From positions 4,154,001 to 4,218,000 of the forward strand of contig CM102285.1 of assembly GCA_046563655.1 (NCBI GenBank): a DNA stretch of 64,000 nucleotides. The letters run 5' to 3'. A model generated the notes under the pieces. The model saw only the letters and a program-made list of their open reading frames with translations, was not told where the DNA came from and searched no databases. The translations under genes were made by a program, and so were the position numbers. Positions 24,801 to 37,065 of this stretch are shown here, in pieces. This stretch comes from Yuukianura sp. NJ FZ-2021 (taxonomy: Eukaryota). The stretch's first letter is position 1, and every line of letters starts with the position of its first letter.

Positions 24801-27800
24801 TTTGTGAATCAGCTTTTGTTGCTGAAAGGCTATGTTCCTAAGCTTAGCAGATTCGTTACGAGACCAATCGGATTATATGTTTCATTCTGATCCATAGTTA
24901 TGCGCTTTCTATGCCCTTAGTATAAATCAGGATTGATGTGTTTGCCTTTTTCACGAATCCAATTGCAATGACTCATGATTTAAACTATTTGTTTCCGTAG
25001 GTTGGCCAAAGGATTAGATATTTTCAAGTTAAAGGATGCCTAGTATGAAGTTCAAGCCAGTGGGAGCTCCACCACAGAAAGCAAGACAGTACTGCAATAA
25101 AAACAATTTGTAAAGCTGGAAAGTGAATTCAAAGAGAACCAAAAAATATAAAAAAAAATTCAGTAACTCAAAACTTAATTTTTTAATGCTAGAAATTAGT
25201 ATAATGCAAAATGCCGTTGAAATAAATCGCACTGTGTTAAGTTTTTCAGTTATAAGAATAAATAGGTCAAGTTTAAATCTGCCGTCATAATGCATGATTT
25301 TTGCATTTGTTTAGAGCTTTGTCTTTTAAAAGACCTCAATAAGTCCTCCAAAATATTACTATAAAACAATCTCGTAATTTTACAGATTTTTTACGCCTTG
25401 AAGTAATTGAGAAACTAAATACAAAAAACAAACGAGGCCAAAACGACATTATGAGGCTTTTGCGGTTTTTAATGAGGTTTACTTTAGGCAACTCTTTTTT
25501 ACTCATTGTTTTTTTTGAAGACACGACTAACTTTTTTAAGAAAATTTTTTAAAGTACATGGGACATGCATTACGACTAGCATGAAGTGTTTGTAGATAAA
25601 GACAATTTGCTTTTGTGATAGGCAAAATATCTAATAGTAGTTTTATTGCGGAGTACTTGGTAAAGGCTACGAAAACCTTATGAAAGGTACTAGAAATATG
25701 GGGCTTTAATAACGACACTATAGAAAATATTTTTATTTTTAAAAACTTCGTAAATTACGAGGTTGAAAATTTCCAACCCCGTAAATTACGAGGTCGAAAA
25801 GTTCCAACCTCGCAAATTACGAAGTTGAAAATTTCGAACCTTGTAAATTACGGAGTTGGAAATTTCCAACCTTGTAAGTTGCGGAGTTGAAAAAGTTCCG
25901 TAGTCGGAAAGTGGTGGCCCTTTTACGGAGTCGAGAAAATTCACGAGGTTGGAAAATGCACTTTACTTGCCTCCTAATTCCGTGGGGAGAAAAAGCTCAG
26001 AAGAAGACTAGCCCCCGTCCATTGTTGCCACTACGTGTTATGACATAGGAATACTAAACAAAGGGATAAGTTTTGCCAAATCTGTATACATCGATGAACG
26101 ATGATACCATACTGCGGAAACGTTTGGTTGGGGTGAACCGGAATTCCATCGGATGTACCCACAAAGTCCAATTCCTCCACCGCCATGCTTTTGTTATTAC
26201 GGTTTGTGCTTAGTCGTTTAGACTACACAATTACCAACAAGAAACCCCGTTGAAGTAAGCCTAGGAGACCACACTGTACCCACCAGTTCAAAATTTTGCG
26301 CGCTGACAGTATCATCAGCAAAAGGTGGCCAAGTTAAGTTCACAGGTTAATCTATTGCCGCTAGGTGTATGTAATGCTTCGGATGTTGGTTTGTACAATT
26401 GTTCTCATCCTATGAGTGGGTACAATGACAGTGCGCATAATTTTGAACTGATGGGTACAGCCTGGTAGCCCAAGCTTACTTCAACGGAGTTTCTTGGTTA
26501 TTTTGCACAACTCAGCACAAACTGTAGTAACAAAACGGAGGAATTCTTTCTGTGGTTACATCGGATGGAATTCCGGTTCACCTCAACCAAACGTTTCCAC
26601 AGTATAGTATCGATGTATGCAGAGTTGGCAAAACTTATCCCTTTGTTTAGTATTCCTATGCCATAACACGTAGTGGCAACAATGGACGGGGGCTAGTCTT
26701 CTTCTGAGCTTTTTCTCCCCACGGAATTAGGAGGCAAGTAAAGTGCATTTTCCAACCTCGTGAATTTTCTCGACTCCGTAAAAGGGCCACCACTTTCCGA
26801 CTACGGAACTTTTTCAACTCCGCAACTTACAAGGTTGGAAATTTCCAACTCCGTAATTTACAAGGTTCGAAATTTTCAACTTCGTAATTTGCGAGGTTGG
26901 AACTTTTCGACCTCGTAATTTACGGGGTTGGAAATTTTCAACCTCGTAATTTACGAAGTTTTTAAAAATAAAAATATTTTCCATAGTGTCGTTATTAAAG
27001 CCCCATATAGAAACGTATTTCATGGGATTTGTAATTTTAAAAATTATTGCGAAATAGAGATTTTATGATCGTAGATTGAAAGCTCACAAGCAGGTCTTGT
27101 TTATACTATGAATTAAAAAATATACCTGATATCTGCAGCGATGTAGGCCCCATGTTTGAACTTCGCAGTAGCGTATTCTAAATGAAGGCGTTTGTTTCTC
27201 TTGTGTAGTATCTAAACTAAACTTCCAATGAAGAGAAGCCATTCGGAATCCTGCTTCTCCTTCTAAGTGATCGATACCTACAAGTTATTAAAAATATAGT
27301 TTTGATTATAATTAACAACTTAAATACATCAAATTGATCATTCTCATTAGCTGTATTGCTTTCTTTGCATTTTGTTGTTTGTAGAGAAATGTTTATATTT
27401 TGCTAGGTTGCGAATTTACATTTAATTTATATTTATTTAGAAATTTATCTATGAATTTATTTATCTATAGTACATATATTTATAAATTTATGTTGGTTCA
27501 ATTATTGCTCCAAAAGAATTAGATTTACTTTATTTAATGTTTCTACTGTAGCAATGAAAGTGAAATTGAGTTTTTCCATTACAACTTCCTGATTTAAGAC
27601 TACTTTAGCCTCAACTTATATTTTAAATTAGAAAAAAAACTCTCGCAATAATATCACAAGACAAGTTTTTCCAACATCATAGTAATGGTGGTGGGTGGAT
27701 ATACGCTTCTGAAATCGTTCCACATGACTCCTAATGATGCTCCAAAATTTTCCAAATTTATTGCCGAAATAATTCTTTTGGATTTGACATTTTGTAGCAT

Positions 27801-28014
27801 TTCTTTTTTAGAGTATTTAACTAAATCGCAAAAATAAGCAACCAATTGAAACGCTCTAAATCACCTCTGTTTGAAACTTACTTGCAAGCGTATGTGACAC
27901 TGGAATAAATGACGACAGGAACATGGTAACCACAAAATACTGCCCAAGCAGTAGTGGAGTGCTTTGCAAACATGCAAACAGTCTCCGGTTTCTGTATCGC
28001 TTCGAATGCGGCAT
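15890..28014 (-). CDS. Single-pass membrane protein with signal peptide, FN3-like domain, ZP-N-like domain, low-complexity stalk, TM and acidic/Ser-rich tail; ~510 aa, 6 exons (28014-27882, 27277-27126, 23842-23665, 21012-20880, 20043-19867, 16649-15890)
   Basis: All junctions are GT-AG and phase-consistent (1,0,1,2,2; total 1533 nt). Translation includes ...SHTLA-SIDHLEGEAGFRMASLHW...FRIRYCEVQTWGLHRC...IGGLRMATNYSFQV...QTKGFSAKATKCLADASEVAIETGPFFGGRISV...CFISGDP...YIMTIKHQACGS...ILVQENLPILTHSTRKFVVLCSF... and TM GFLVLGLVSMGIVASVSSLIWFV. The first listed exon has an acceptor just upstream of 28067 and is open upstream of the ATG, so the true start may lie further 5'. Domain names come from motif recognition. 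Confidence 0.82.
21310..22247 (-). mobile_element. Two head-to-tail Helitron-like non-autonomous copies with internal tandem units of roughly 110-125 bp
   Basis: Units (actgcatttgacctctgctttcgaa...ggtcaaaggtcacaggtca) start near 21355, 21462, 21586, 21878 and 22002. Both copies end in aaatcg..tcagtagtttcg..ggagtag, a CA/CAGA microsatellite and ttatataagtagat (21818, 22247). The reverse complement a|TCTACTTATATAA resembles insect Helitron 5' ends. A 3' CTAG end was not identified. Confidence 0.6.
22277..22335. repeat. ~29-bp direct tandem duplication
   Basis: gtgtcatggtcaacacaaagcacatgtgaa is followed by gtgtcatggtcaacacaaggcatatgtgaa. Confidence 0.85.
25697..27007. mobile_element. 1.3-kb palindromic (foldback) element with ~600-bp inverted arms and a 6-bp TSD
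   Basis: tagaaa|tatggggctttaataacgacac ... gtgtcgttattaaagccccata|tagaaa. Arms ~25697-26310 and ~26425-27007. Subterminal ~30-bp tandem units cgtaaattacgaggttgaaaatttccaacc. It lies in an intron of the FN3/ZP gene. Confidence 0.92.
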
Positions 28015-28231
28015 GTCTGCTACCCTACGGGCTGGATCCTTCGAGGTCGAATTCAATTTGACACTTTCTGAAAGGAAAGTTTAGTTTTTTGCATTAAGGT
28101 CCCATAATGCCATTTTCTCTATGTTTTTCAAAGTATTTTTTCTGTTTTTTTTTCAGCGTGGCTTCTGTTTCCAACAATATGTTTCCTAGTGTAGCTCTAA
28201 GTTAGTTATTGTTCCATGCTTCGGTTCCATG

Positions 28232-28784
28232 CATGCCACTGGTCCGAATGAATTGCTCCGAAACTAATTCCTATGAATGAATTACTAGGAAACCAATTTC
28301 TCCGAACGGTACATTAAGAAGAAGGTAATTTGCTCCGTAAAGCATTGCCTCGAAACCAAATCCTCCGACATATTATTTGTTCTGAAAGATCAATTAATCC
28401 GAAAACTAACTGTTCTGAATAATGAGTAAAAAAAATTAAATGTTTGACAATTAGTTTTGTAAATTTAGCTAAAGCTGTGCATCAAGATTCCGGTTGAGAT
28501 AATTAGGTTTAACGAGCGTCATGCGCATCGAATAGCCGCACATGCTAATTAATACTGGCAACACTGTTTTAGAATCAAGCTGCGAGTTGCAAACCTACCT
28601 AACCAAAAACTTCCTACTGCAACACTGTTGTCCAATTGTGACCTAACATCGCGCCTTTGGCGCGAATAATTAAAAGTACGCTCACTGAATCCAACAGCAT
28701 AGAATCTTGCCAGTTTGATGCTTTATGCTGTATCATCATGCAGTGAATTTCTTTCGGAGCAATTGGTTTCGTGGCAATGGCGTG
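28232..28784. mobile_element. Degenerate foldback-type MITE
   Basis: Imperfect TIRs (catgccactggtccgaatgaattgctccgaaa vs reverse complement cacgccattgccacgaaaccaattgctccgaaa). Tandem ttgctccgaaa-like units in the left arm; central aacctacctaacc and cgcgcctttggcgcg, resembling the 7534-8195 element. No clear TSD. Confidence 0.5.
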
Positions 28785-31096
28785 CTACCACAGCTTCCTA
28801 ACAACAAGCATATAAACGCAAAGACACTAAACTTCTTTTCGTCCGACATTGAATTAGAAGCATTGGAATAATCGAATGGAAATAGGTTGGAAAGTAGTAA
28901 AGAAACAGTCGTATTTGATTTTTTTAGTACTGAAGTGTCTTTATGTTTGTCTCTTCAAAGCTAGGCCAAGAAAGCAAAAAAGATGAAGGTTTTGTAAGAC
29001 CGAGGTTGACTTTATGGTTCGATGGAAGTTGTAAGTAAGTGGGACACTCTGGCATATGGGCCACCACTTGAACTCCTTCATTTCATTACCGTCATTCATC
29101 CTTTTTCTCGTAATGCTCCATTCGGCAAGTAAGGCAAAAGAAGATGCACTAAATTCAGCACTTGAAATGATTTTCCAAGAAAGTGCAAAAGTTTGTCGAA
29201 TCTTGTCAAGACACAACAAGGATTCAGCACAAAATGGGAAACATCTTCAAAGCCTTCTTTATGTACCCCCACTACTCCACTTACCTCATTTTCTTGTAGC
29301 AGCGTGTCTTTCCTCTTAATGTAGTTTCAACTTGACAGGCTTAATTACACATTTATCTTGTATAATACCACAAATGCCAAGCTCTACTTATTTCCAACAG
29401 AGGTGATGACTGCTCTCTTTTGTGTTTCCGATGTAACACAAAACATTTGGACAGAATTGGAATTTCTGGCGTATTATTTGGAGCATTTTGTATCCGGTTT
29501 GGACCTAACAAAACATCAGCTTGCAGTATATCACAACGTGAAAGGAAATGAAAAAAATTGAAAAAAAGGGCAAGATTTTAGAAAGTAGCTTGTTGCGTTC
29601 TTGAAATAAATTTTGATGCTTGCGTTGACCTTAAATTGCAATGATCCATAAATGTTTACTTTAAAATTGAGGTTTCAATTTCACTGCAATTTGAAATTTG
29701 ACATGTAATTACGGTTATAAAAAAATAATTTTTACAGCCTTTTGTGAAAGATGAAAACAATAGACAAGGATGCGTTGCGTGACTTTCGTGCGGATCAGGA
29801 GTCAAGAGATGAACTTTGCCAAAAACCTTACGGTTTGGCTTTTGCAATATTGCAGTAGAGTTCTTTGCACCAAACTTCTCGAAATGAAACTTTGGGCAGT
29901 GATCTTTAACAGAAAAAGTTTTTTTTAAAGCGAATTCGACGGATCTAGTGTCACTGACCGACAACAGAAGGTTCATAAACCGTCACCTTTTCCATCTAAT
30001 GTTTTATTTTTGGATTTTGATGATGTGAAAGCCCGCTTCGTTTAACATCTTTTATGAAATTTTTGTTTCGCTCGTGCAGTTAATTACAGATGTAGCTGAA
30101 GGCATAAGGTCGAATTTTGATTTGGGAAAATTTAGTTTTCATTGAAATTCTAAATGTGTGATATGTTCAGTCTCATTGTGGTTGGTACAGGTAGTGTCAA
30201 ATATTCCACTTCGTCTAGTCGATTTAAAATCAAAGTGTCTTTTTACTTCCGTCTATTTCAGATTGCGCCTGTCACTTATAAATGTCTACCGTAGATGACA
30301 TTTCTCTTTGCTTTGTTTCAACCATGAAAAACTTTTGTGAAAATTCTCCTGGACTTTCAACAACAAAAAAAGTTTTCAATTTCAGCATTTGACATATCTG
30401 CACGGTTGACACTTTAAAAAAAGGAAAAAAGTAAATCATACTCTAACTTGTAAGGATTTTGGGACAGACAGCGAGTAGCTAACAACAAGATTTATAGTAG
30501 TTATCTTTAGCCAAATCCAACTTCAGTTTGCTTTTTAGGATTAATGACTTGTTTTAATAAATGTGATGCTGATAACCCAAAGAAAGCTAATACAAGTTCT
30601 TTCAAAAGTCATCACTCATGCTTGTCATCATTCAGCAAAAGAACAAAACGCAAATCGCGAAATGCGCCAGTTTCGAAAGACCTGTCAAGATTACTAAATT
30701 TGTTAATTAACTTTCAGGCAGATTAATCAACTTGTTGAAGTGTCTGCCATGACAGGTTACTAATGTAAAAATAAAAATAGAGTGTGAGACAAGTTCATTC
30801 AGAATACTTAACGTTGCATTGGACATTATGTACAGTACCCGCAAACCACGCTTGTAAAGTTTGCGTGTGGAAGGTTTCAGAAGATATGCAAACTTGCCAT
30901 TTTTAATTTTGTCAAAAAAAAAAAACAGTTACTAATTGAAATTTGTATCGTGGAGTCGTTGTGGTAGTGAATTTCGGGAAAAGGAAATTAGAACTTTGCA
31001 TGTAAAACTTTCACCGGAAAGCGGAGTGACACATGAATCCACTTTTACTGAACAAGGTCTGGCAAAATTGCCCAAAGCAGTCACTCCAGCCGAAGC

Positions 31097-31334
31097 AAAC
31101 AATAATCTAAGCAACAAAAATCTAAGCACGCCCAAATCTAAGCAACCAAAGCCTAAGCATAATGTTGTTTAAAAGCATAATGGATTTACGTTATGTTGGA
31201 TTAATTAGAATAATAGTTTAGACCTAGATCAACCTTAAATTAGGTTGGTTTAGCACACGTTGAATCTTTATTAAATAATTTAACCTGTAGGTTGCTTAGG
31301 TATTGGCTTGGTTATATTTTGTTGCTTATGTTAT
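31097..31334. repeat. Small degenerate inverted-repeat element with ctaagca tandem units
   Basis: aatctaagca-like x4 at ~31104-31160 and inverted tgcttag/tggcttgg/tgcttatg at ~31293-31330. Confidence 0.45.
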
Positions 31335-31342
31335 ACCATAGA

Positions 31343-31527
31343 TAGTGTTTCACGGTTCCGGTTCTTCAGTGGGGACGGGTACGGATCCGGAACCGTTGGG
31401 GGTTCTCGGTTCCCAAACTCTCAGGATCCGGAACCGGCTGGGCGGTTCCGGATCCATCTCAGGAACGGAACGGGACCCGGAACCGCGGTTCCATGAACCG
31501 TCGGGATCCGAGAACCGTAAAACACTA
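31343..31527. mobile_element. hAT-type MITE, 185 bp
   Basis: TIR tagtgtttcacggttc / gaaccgtaaaacacta. 8-bp TSD accataga/accatagg (one mismatch). Dense ggaaccg/cggttcc subterminal motifs. Confidence 0.85.
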
Positions 31528-34500
31528 ACCATAGGATTCCACTCCAGTAACGACGAGGATTTTGTGCACAATTTTTTTTAGCCTCGAGGCTACAGTGTAT
31601 CAAAAAGCATTTCCTGTTGAATTATATTCTTTTTTGAAGTGGTGTACATGACATCAATTACTGGAAGCGTAGTTAACTATGACAGTACTAGTATGGGTGA
31701 AAAAATAGAGAAATGAATTTTCTTACCAGTTATTCGCAGTATCTTCGCAGTATCACCGTAAAGCACAAAGTCAGAAATATCCAAAAACTTAAGTGCAGTG
31801 AAATTTGAATACTGAAAGCTTTTACTAAAATTTGGAAAGAAACTTAATCCGGGAGAAAGTGAATGAAATGGTACATTCACATGATCCCCAACACAGTAAA
31901 ATTGAACACGACATGGAGAAAAGCTTTACTTTCACGTTTAATCCAATGTGAGTTTGGCGACGAGGAACTTGTCAAAGTTCTGTCTAATCACCTCCAACAA
32001 CAATTTCCATGCAAATTACTATTTTCTATAATCATGCTGAAACCAAAGACACAAATTGGCAACGTTAAATAAGCTTTTAGAGTTTGTTCACCCAAAATGA
32101 ACCCAGTTTAATCCTAAAGTCTACGCGTTGTGCTCCGATTCAATTCTTGGTGTGAACGAAAAGAAAATTTCAAATTTGGGAAATTGCAAAAATCACAACC
32201 CAATTTTTTCCGCACTGTCAAATCCAATCAAGATGCCTATTGCCTGACTAATTTTTTGAGAATGAGTCAACTTCCGTCAACTGCTGAGTAAGAACAACTA
32301 CTAATGTTATTACTTTCTGCCCAAAGGCATTGCATTGGGTACACTAGCAGCACGTTAAATGAGCAAAAACCTTTTGGGCTATAAGGTAACACAGTTTGTT
32401 AAGGGGAACTGAGGACCGTGTCTCCCTATTATCCCGTTCCCCCTTTCCATCTCTTCAAAAAACGTTTTGGCAACTTTTAAAAGAAATTTTTTGGCAAGGA
32501 CTTTTTTTATTTGGCGAATTCATCATCTTCCTGTCGATACAAATTCAATTTTGATTTGGTTGCCATAATTTATACCTTTATCATTGCTATAGTTCAAATT
32601 TTCCTTGAAATACCGTGAAAGCACGAAAACTTACTTTACAAAGTTCAACAAGAAAGAAAATGGCAAAGTTAAAATAATCTTTACTTTGAAGGAAAAAGCT
32701 TTTGAAATGTTACACGATTTTTTTTGATTTGATCAAAGATGCTCCCATGGAAGTCGGAGTTTGTAGAAGCTTCATTTAAGATTCATTACCTTGATGTCTT
32801 TGAGGAAGTTTTTTCTGTGAAGATCCTTCAGGGCTTGAATTGCACTTTGCAGAACATTTGAAGTGATTAAGGATTAAGGAAAATGGAGCTTAGAAATTAC
32901 TTTTACCGTACATTGGAGTTGGCAGTACTTAAGGGATTGTTTATATGAAATATTGCCTCAGACAGTCTCAACAGAAGCTGCTCTTCCATAGAAAAAATGA
33001 TCAAATCCAGTAGTGCATTAAACGTAAAAATTTTATTAGGGACCCACGACCCGTACGGTAAGAAATCATCTTCATAATTTCTTAAATGGCTCTTTCCTTC
33101 CGGATTTTTTACTTTGTCTTTATTTCTTTTTTTTTTCTTCAAGGTGCAACTCGCGGAAAAGTATGTCACAAACTGCCTTGTTTTAAAAAAAAAATATCAA
33201 CTAATACAGCGCAACTAATTATTAATGAATGAGTAAATTAGGAATCTTTAAAATAACAATTTAAACTTTTCAGTTAATTTTTTAAACAAACCGTGGGCAT
33301 CCTAATGCAAAAAGATGACAGTCGAAAATATTTAAAATCAAAAAATAAGGTAATATGGTGGATTTGAAAAATGAATGCCACAGGGCAGAAATTTTTCTTT
33401 TTGAACTACTATTTTTTTTTACCCGGTTTTCCCCATCAACTTACATTTTCTTTAGGTTGAGATTGGCTCTTTGGGTTCGTTACGCTTTTTGTAAGACCCT
33501 CCGTTAATGATTCTTTGGATTGAAGCGAGTGCCAAATTTCTGTTTTTTACACCTCAGAGAATACATTCCTCCTTAGTAATTAATATAGAGGGACTTACGC
33601 AATTCAAACGTCGTTCGATTTGGTGCACTTTAATCGTCATACACGAACTCACCATAAAAGTATAAGAAAGAAATAACCATAACTTAAAAAGTTGACGAAA
33701 ATCCGATAATTGTCTTTCAAAAAATGTCAAAATGTGCTCATGCGCAAAGCATATCAAGCTTGGTTACCGTAATGAATAAAAAAGGTACAAGAATATATTG
33801 TTTCAGCATACAATTTTATCCCAATGTCAGCAGAATAAGCCTGGTCACGAAAAATTAAGGTTTATTAAATTTGACGCTAAATACGAAAGTTCGCTGACTT
33901 TAATCAAAAACGTGTTATTAATCTTGCCGTTTTGCTGAAAAGTTAAAACTTTGCTTAACTGTTTTAAGTAAAAACAATAAAAGTATTCTTCAATGAAAAC
34001 GCGGCGTTTCGGAGATGAGCCTCTGTTAATTAGGAGGCTCGATGTGGACTTGGCGTGGGTGTGGTGCTAATTTGTGACATTTGACCGTATCCCTTTGTCT
34101 TTGTCCTTTCCACAGCGCGTGAAGGAGATCATTAGAAGTTACTTTGTTGTAGACAGTAGGTTTTAGTCACAAATGCCAGCAGAATCGAACGGTATTATTC
34201 TTTCTATTCATACTTTGTTTGCACCTTGTCGTGGTTAGTTCATGTTTGTTGGATCTCCCTCCATTGTCCCTTCCTCTGAGCGTCTGCTTTCAATATAAGT
34301 ACAGGCCCTACCATAGAATTCAATCGTCATAGCTGCGTGGCGAGCTAAGGACCCGGCTCTGCGTTGACCAAACTCCTTCAACCATCACCTTGTTTTGAAA
34401 AATCTACCAACAGACAACTATACACTTTGAAAAACTATTCCCGGTAATTAGAATACCAGTTGTATTCAGTTTTAGTGTACAGTATTGCGCTAAACTTTTA

Positions 34501-35082
34501 CAAAAATCTGAAACATTGCGCAGTTTCAATATTTGCCCGTATTCTCTTTTTTTTTTCAGAAGTAGATACTTTAGTAGATGGTCTAGTAGATAACTACTTT
34601 AGTAGAAGTGTATTCTTGGAACATCGAAACTATGTTATATGTTATCACAACGTACATTCATTTCCTACAACCACTTTTGACTTTTACAATGTCACGGATA
34701 GCAGGTTGTACGGTACAGCATTTGTCTGCGGTCCAATATTTCTGTCGTTGGATTAAACCACTATTCAAAATTGTCTACAAATTCATTTTCTGCAGTACCA
34801 CCTTTGAAATTGGAAATGTGTTGCGAACCAGCTTGCGATTGTTTGGTCTTTGTAAAAACTGCTTCCATGTGACAAATGTCAGAGATTTAGTTGACACTTT
34901 TTGTGCAGTGATTTACTGTTCCTTTGAAATCAAAGCCACCTCTACACTCCCCGTCCCCATGCAACTTTTCATAAATGTATTGTTGTGTTCAAAATACCAT
35001 TATATATTATGAGTGGTTGAGAATGAGAGCGGCTGTTACAACTGTGGTCCGCTTGAACTCGCAAAGCATGCAGGGAGTGGAC

Positions 35083-35568
35083 TAGGGATGCCGCCGTTTC
35101 CGTGTAAAACGGAAAACGAAACGGACTTTCCGTTTTTTCCGTTTTCCTTTTTTGAAACGGTATCTTTTATGTCGTTTCCGTTTTCGCCAAAAAACAAAAC
35201 GAAAACGAAAATCAAAAAACGGGGAAAACGGAAACCAGAAAAAAACAGGGAAAAGGTCCACTTTTGTGCCTCCCGTACTGAAATTGTGGGAAATTAAAAA
35301 TCAAATTATGATCCACTCTAACAATTTTGACCACATTTGGAATCGTATGAAGTGGATTTTCAAGGGGCAGAACATAGATTTCAAGTTTTGACCTACGAAA
35401 ATCTACTTCTTTCGCAGTCAACCGTTTTTCCGTTTTTAAACCGTTTTTTTCGTTCCGTTTTCTTTTATCTGTTTTAAGACCGTTTCCGTTTCCGTTTTGC
35501 GGCCTACCATTTCGTTTCGTTTCCGTTTTTAGCAAAAAACGGAGACGAAACGCACGGCGGCAACCCTA
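35083..35568. mobile_element. hAT-type MITE, 486 bp
   Basis: Perfect 8-bp TSD gagtggac (35075-35082; 35569-35576). TIR tagggatgccgccg / cggcggcaacccta. Many aaacgg/ccgttt subterminal motifs. Confidence 0.92.
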
Positions 35569-36526
35569 GAGTGGACCCAGTGGCGAAAACTGTGCTGAAA
35601 ATGGCATTACGAATTCCACCAGCGCTCCAGTTCTAAGCGTCTTCATTCAATAAACCTTTCACAAAGGGAAGATTAATGGTCGAACGAAGGGCTTTGCTGG
35701 TGGCTAGAAGTTCCATTGACCGAAAATGGAATCGCCCGGCTCATTAAAACTGTTCCGTGTCATACCGTCAGCAACAAAGGCAGAGACACAAAAGTGCTAA
35801 AAATAAAACAAACTGAAAAAGTTTGTAAAGGAAAACGGCAAATTTAGTTTTAATTTGAAGTTTTTTATTTTATTTTTGCAGACATCAACATGCAGTCAAT
35901 CTATAAAGTAAATTATTTGAATTAAAAATTAACATGTAATAAAAACCAAAAAGGTTGGCATTACCTAATTGACTGCTTTTTAGCGATGAACCTTTGAATG
36001 AAAATTTAAGTTTTATGTTCGGCATGACCTTATGATAGGATTTCAAAGACAGCTTGTTATCTTCAGTATCTATTTTTGGTGAAAAAATGAGATGAGGTCA
36101 TTCACATCTTCCGTCACGCCCAGGGACTCAACTGAAGCTAAAACTGTTTACAAAATTTCTGCTATTTAAACAATTCCAACAACTCAATTTGCTCAAAAAG
36201 TCCTGAACTCAATTTGAAAAAAATGGGAATGGAAAGGCAATATTTGGTTTACAAAATATTTGAAAGGCCTAAAACTATGCAGCATAGTATTTCAGGAGGT
36301 GAGACTTATTTTCAGAAGTACCTACGTATTAATGAATACTTTCTAAAAAGAAACTTGTTTTTCTAGTACATTTGATACAAACATGCACAAAAAAATTACA
36401 AAATAAGCCGAGTTGTAAAAAGTTACTCTTATTTTTCTAAATTCAATAAGATAAAACAAAATTTTTGCTGTTGTGCTTCTGCGCTCTTTTTATGCGAGTC
36501 TTGAAAACCTTAAGAATGAAAAAATT

Positions 36527-37065
36527 AACTTGGAGTCTCACGTTACACGAGCAATGGTGAAAGGCGTTTGCTGAATACGTCGTTGTAAACGCCATATTTA
36601 AGTAGCAACAGGAAACTTGAGTGCACAGACCGGAAGTTGTACACTTCCGGTCAAACCGGAAACCGATTAGGACCATGTGAAGGTCGTCTGCGAAGACAGA
36701 TTGAACATCCGTTCAGCGGCTCTAGAGTTATAGACGCGCGTAGCATCAGCGACGCCATTTGGTAACTTCTATGTATCTCTGGAACCGTAGGTCAAAGGTC
36801 AAGGTCACCTATACAGAACTGGTTCGTCTCAATGAGACGAACATTTTTGTAGTCATTTTTTCGATTTCTGTCAAAAATGTACTTGTCCTTTGACTCGGAA
36901 GTTGTCCACTTCCGGTCAAACCGGACAGACCATGTCAAGTTCATCTGTGAGGACAGATTGAAAATCGGTTTAGTGCTTCAGAGTTATGGTGACGAGCAGA
37001 CGGACAGATAGACAGGCGTACTCGTGGAAAACATAAAGTAGCTCATTCTTTCGCTACTTAGTAAT
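36527..37065. mobile_element. DINE-1/Helentron-like non-autonomous element
   Basis: Internal repeat ggaagttgt.cacttccggtcaaaccgga at ~36632 and ~36897; gtcaaaggtcaaggtca; aaaatcggttt..agagtta followed by a cagacggacagatagacag microsatellite; terminal hairpin aagtagc...gctactt (37036-37059) next to a T-run. Confidence 0.55.

Noticed and set aside
28941..30420. Short ORFs with a signal-peptide-like start (29056-29319, 29358-29561, 29656-29976)
   Set aside because: Could not be joined into a phase-consistent gene, and no family motif was recognised. It may be a decayed gene; needs TBLASTX.
32401..33434. Possible TIR element (ggggaact... / ...ttttcccc) with a Lys-rich ORF
   Set aside because: The terminal match is too short and there is no transposase motif.
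31308..35535. Clusters of short ORFs at 31308-31603 and 35013-35535
   Set aside because: They arise from stop-poor repetitive MITE sequence.
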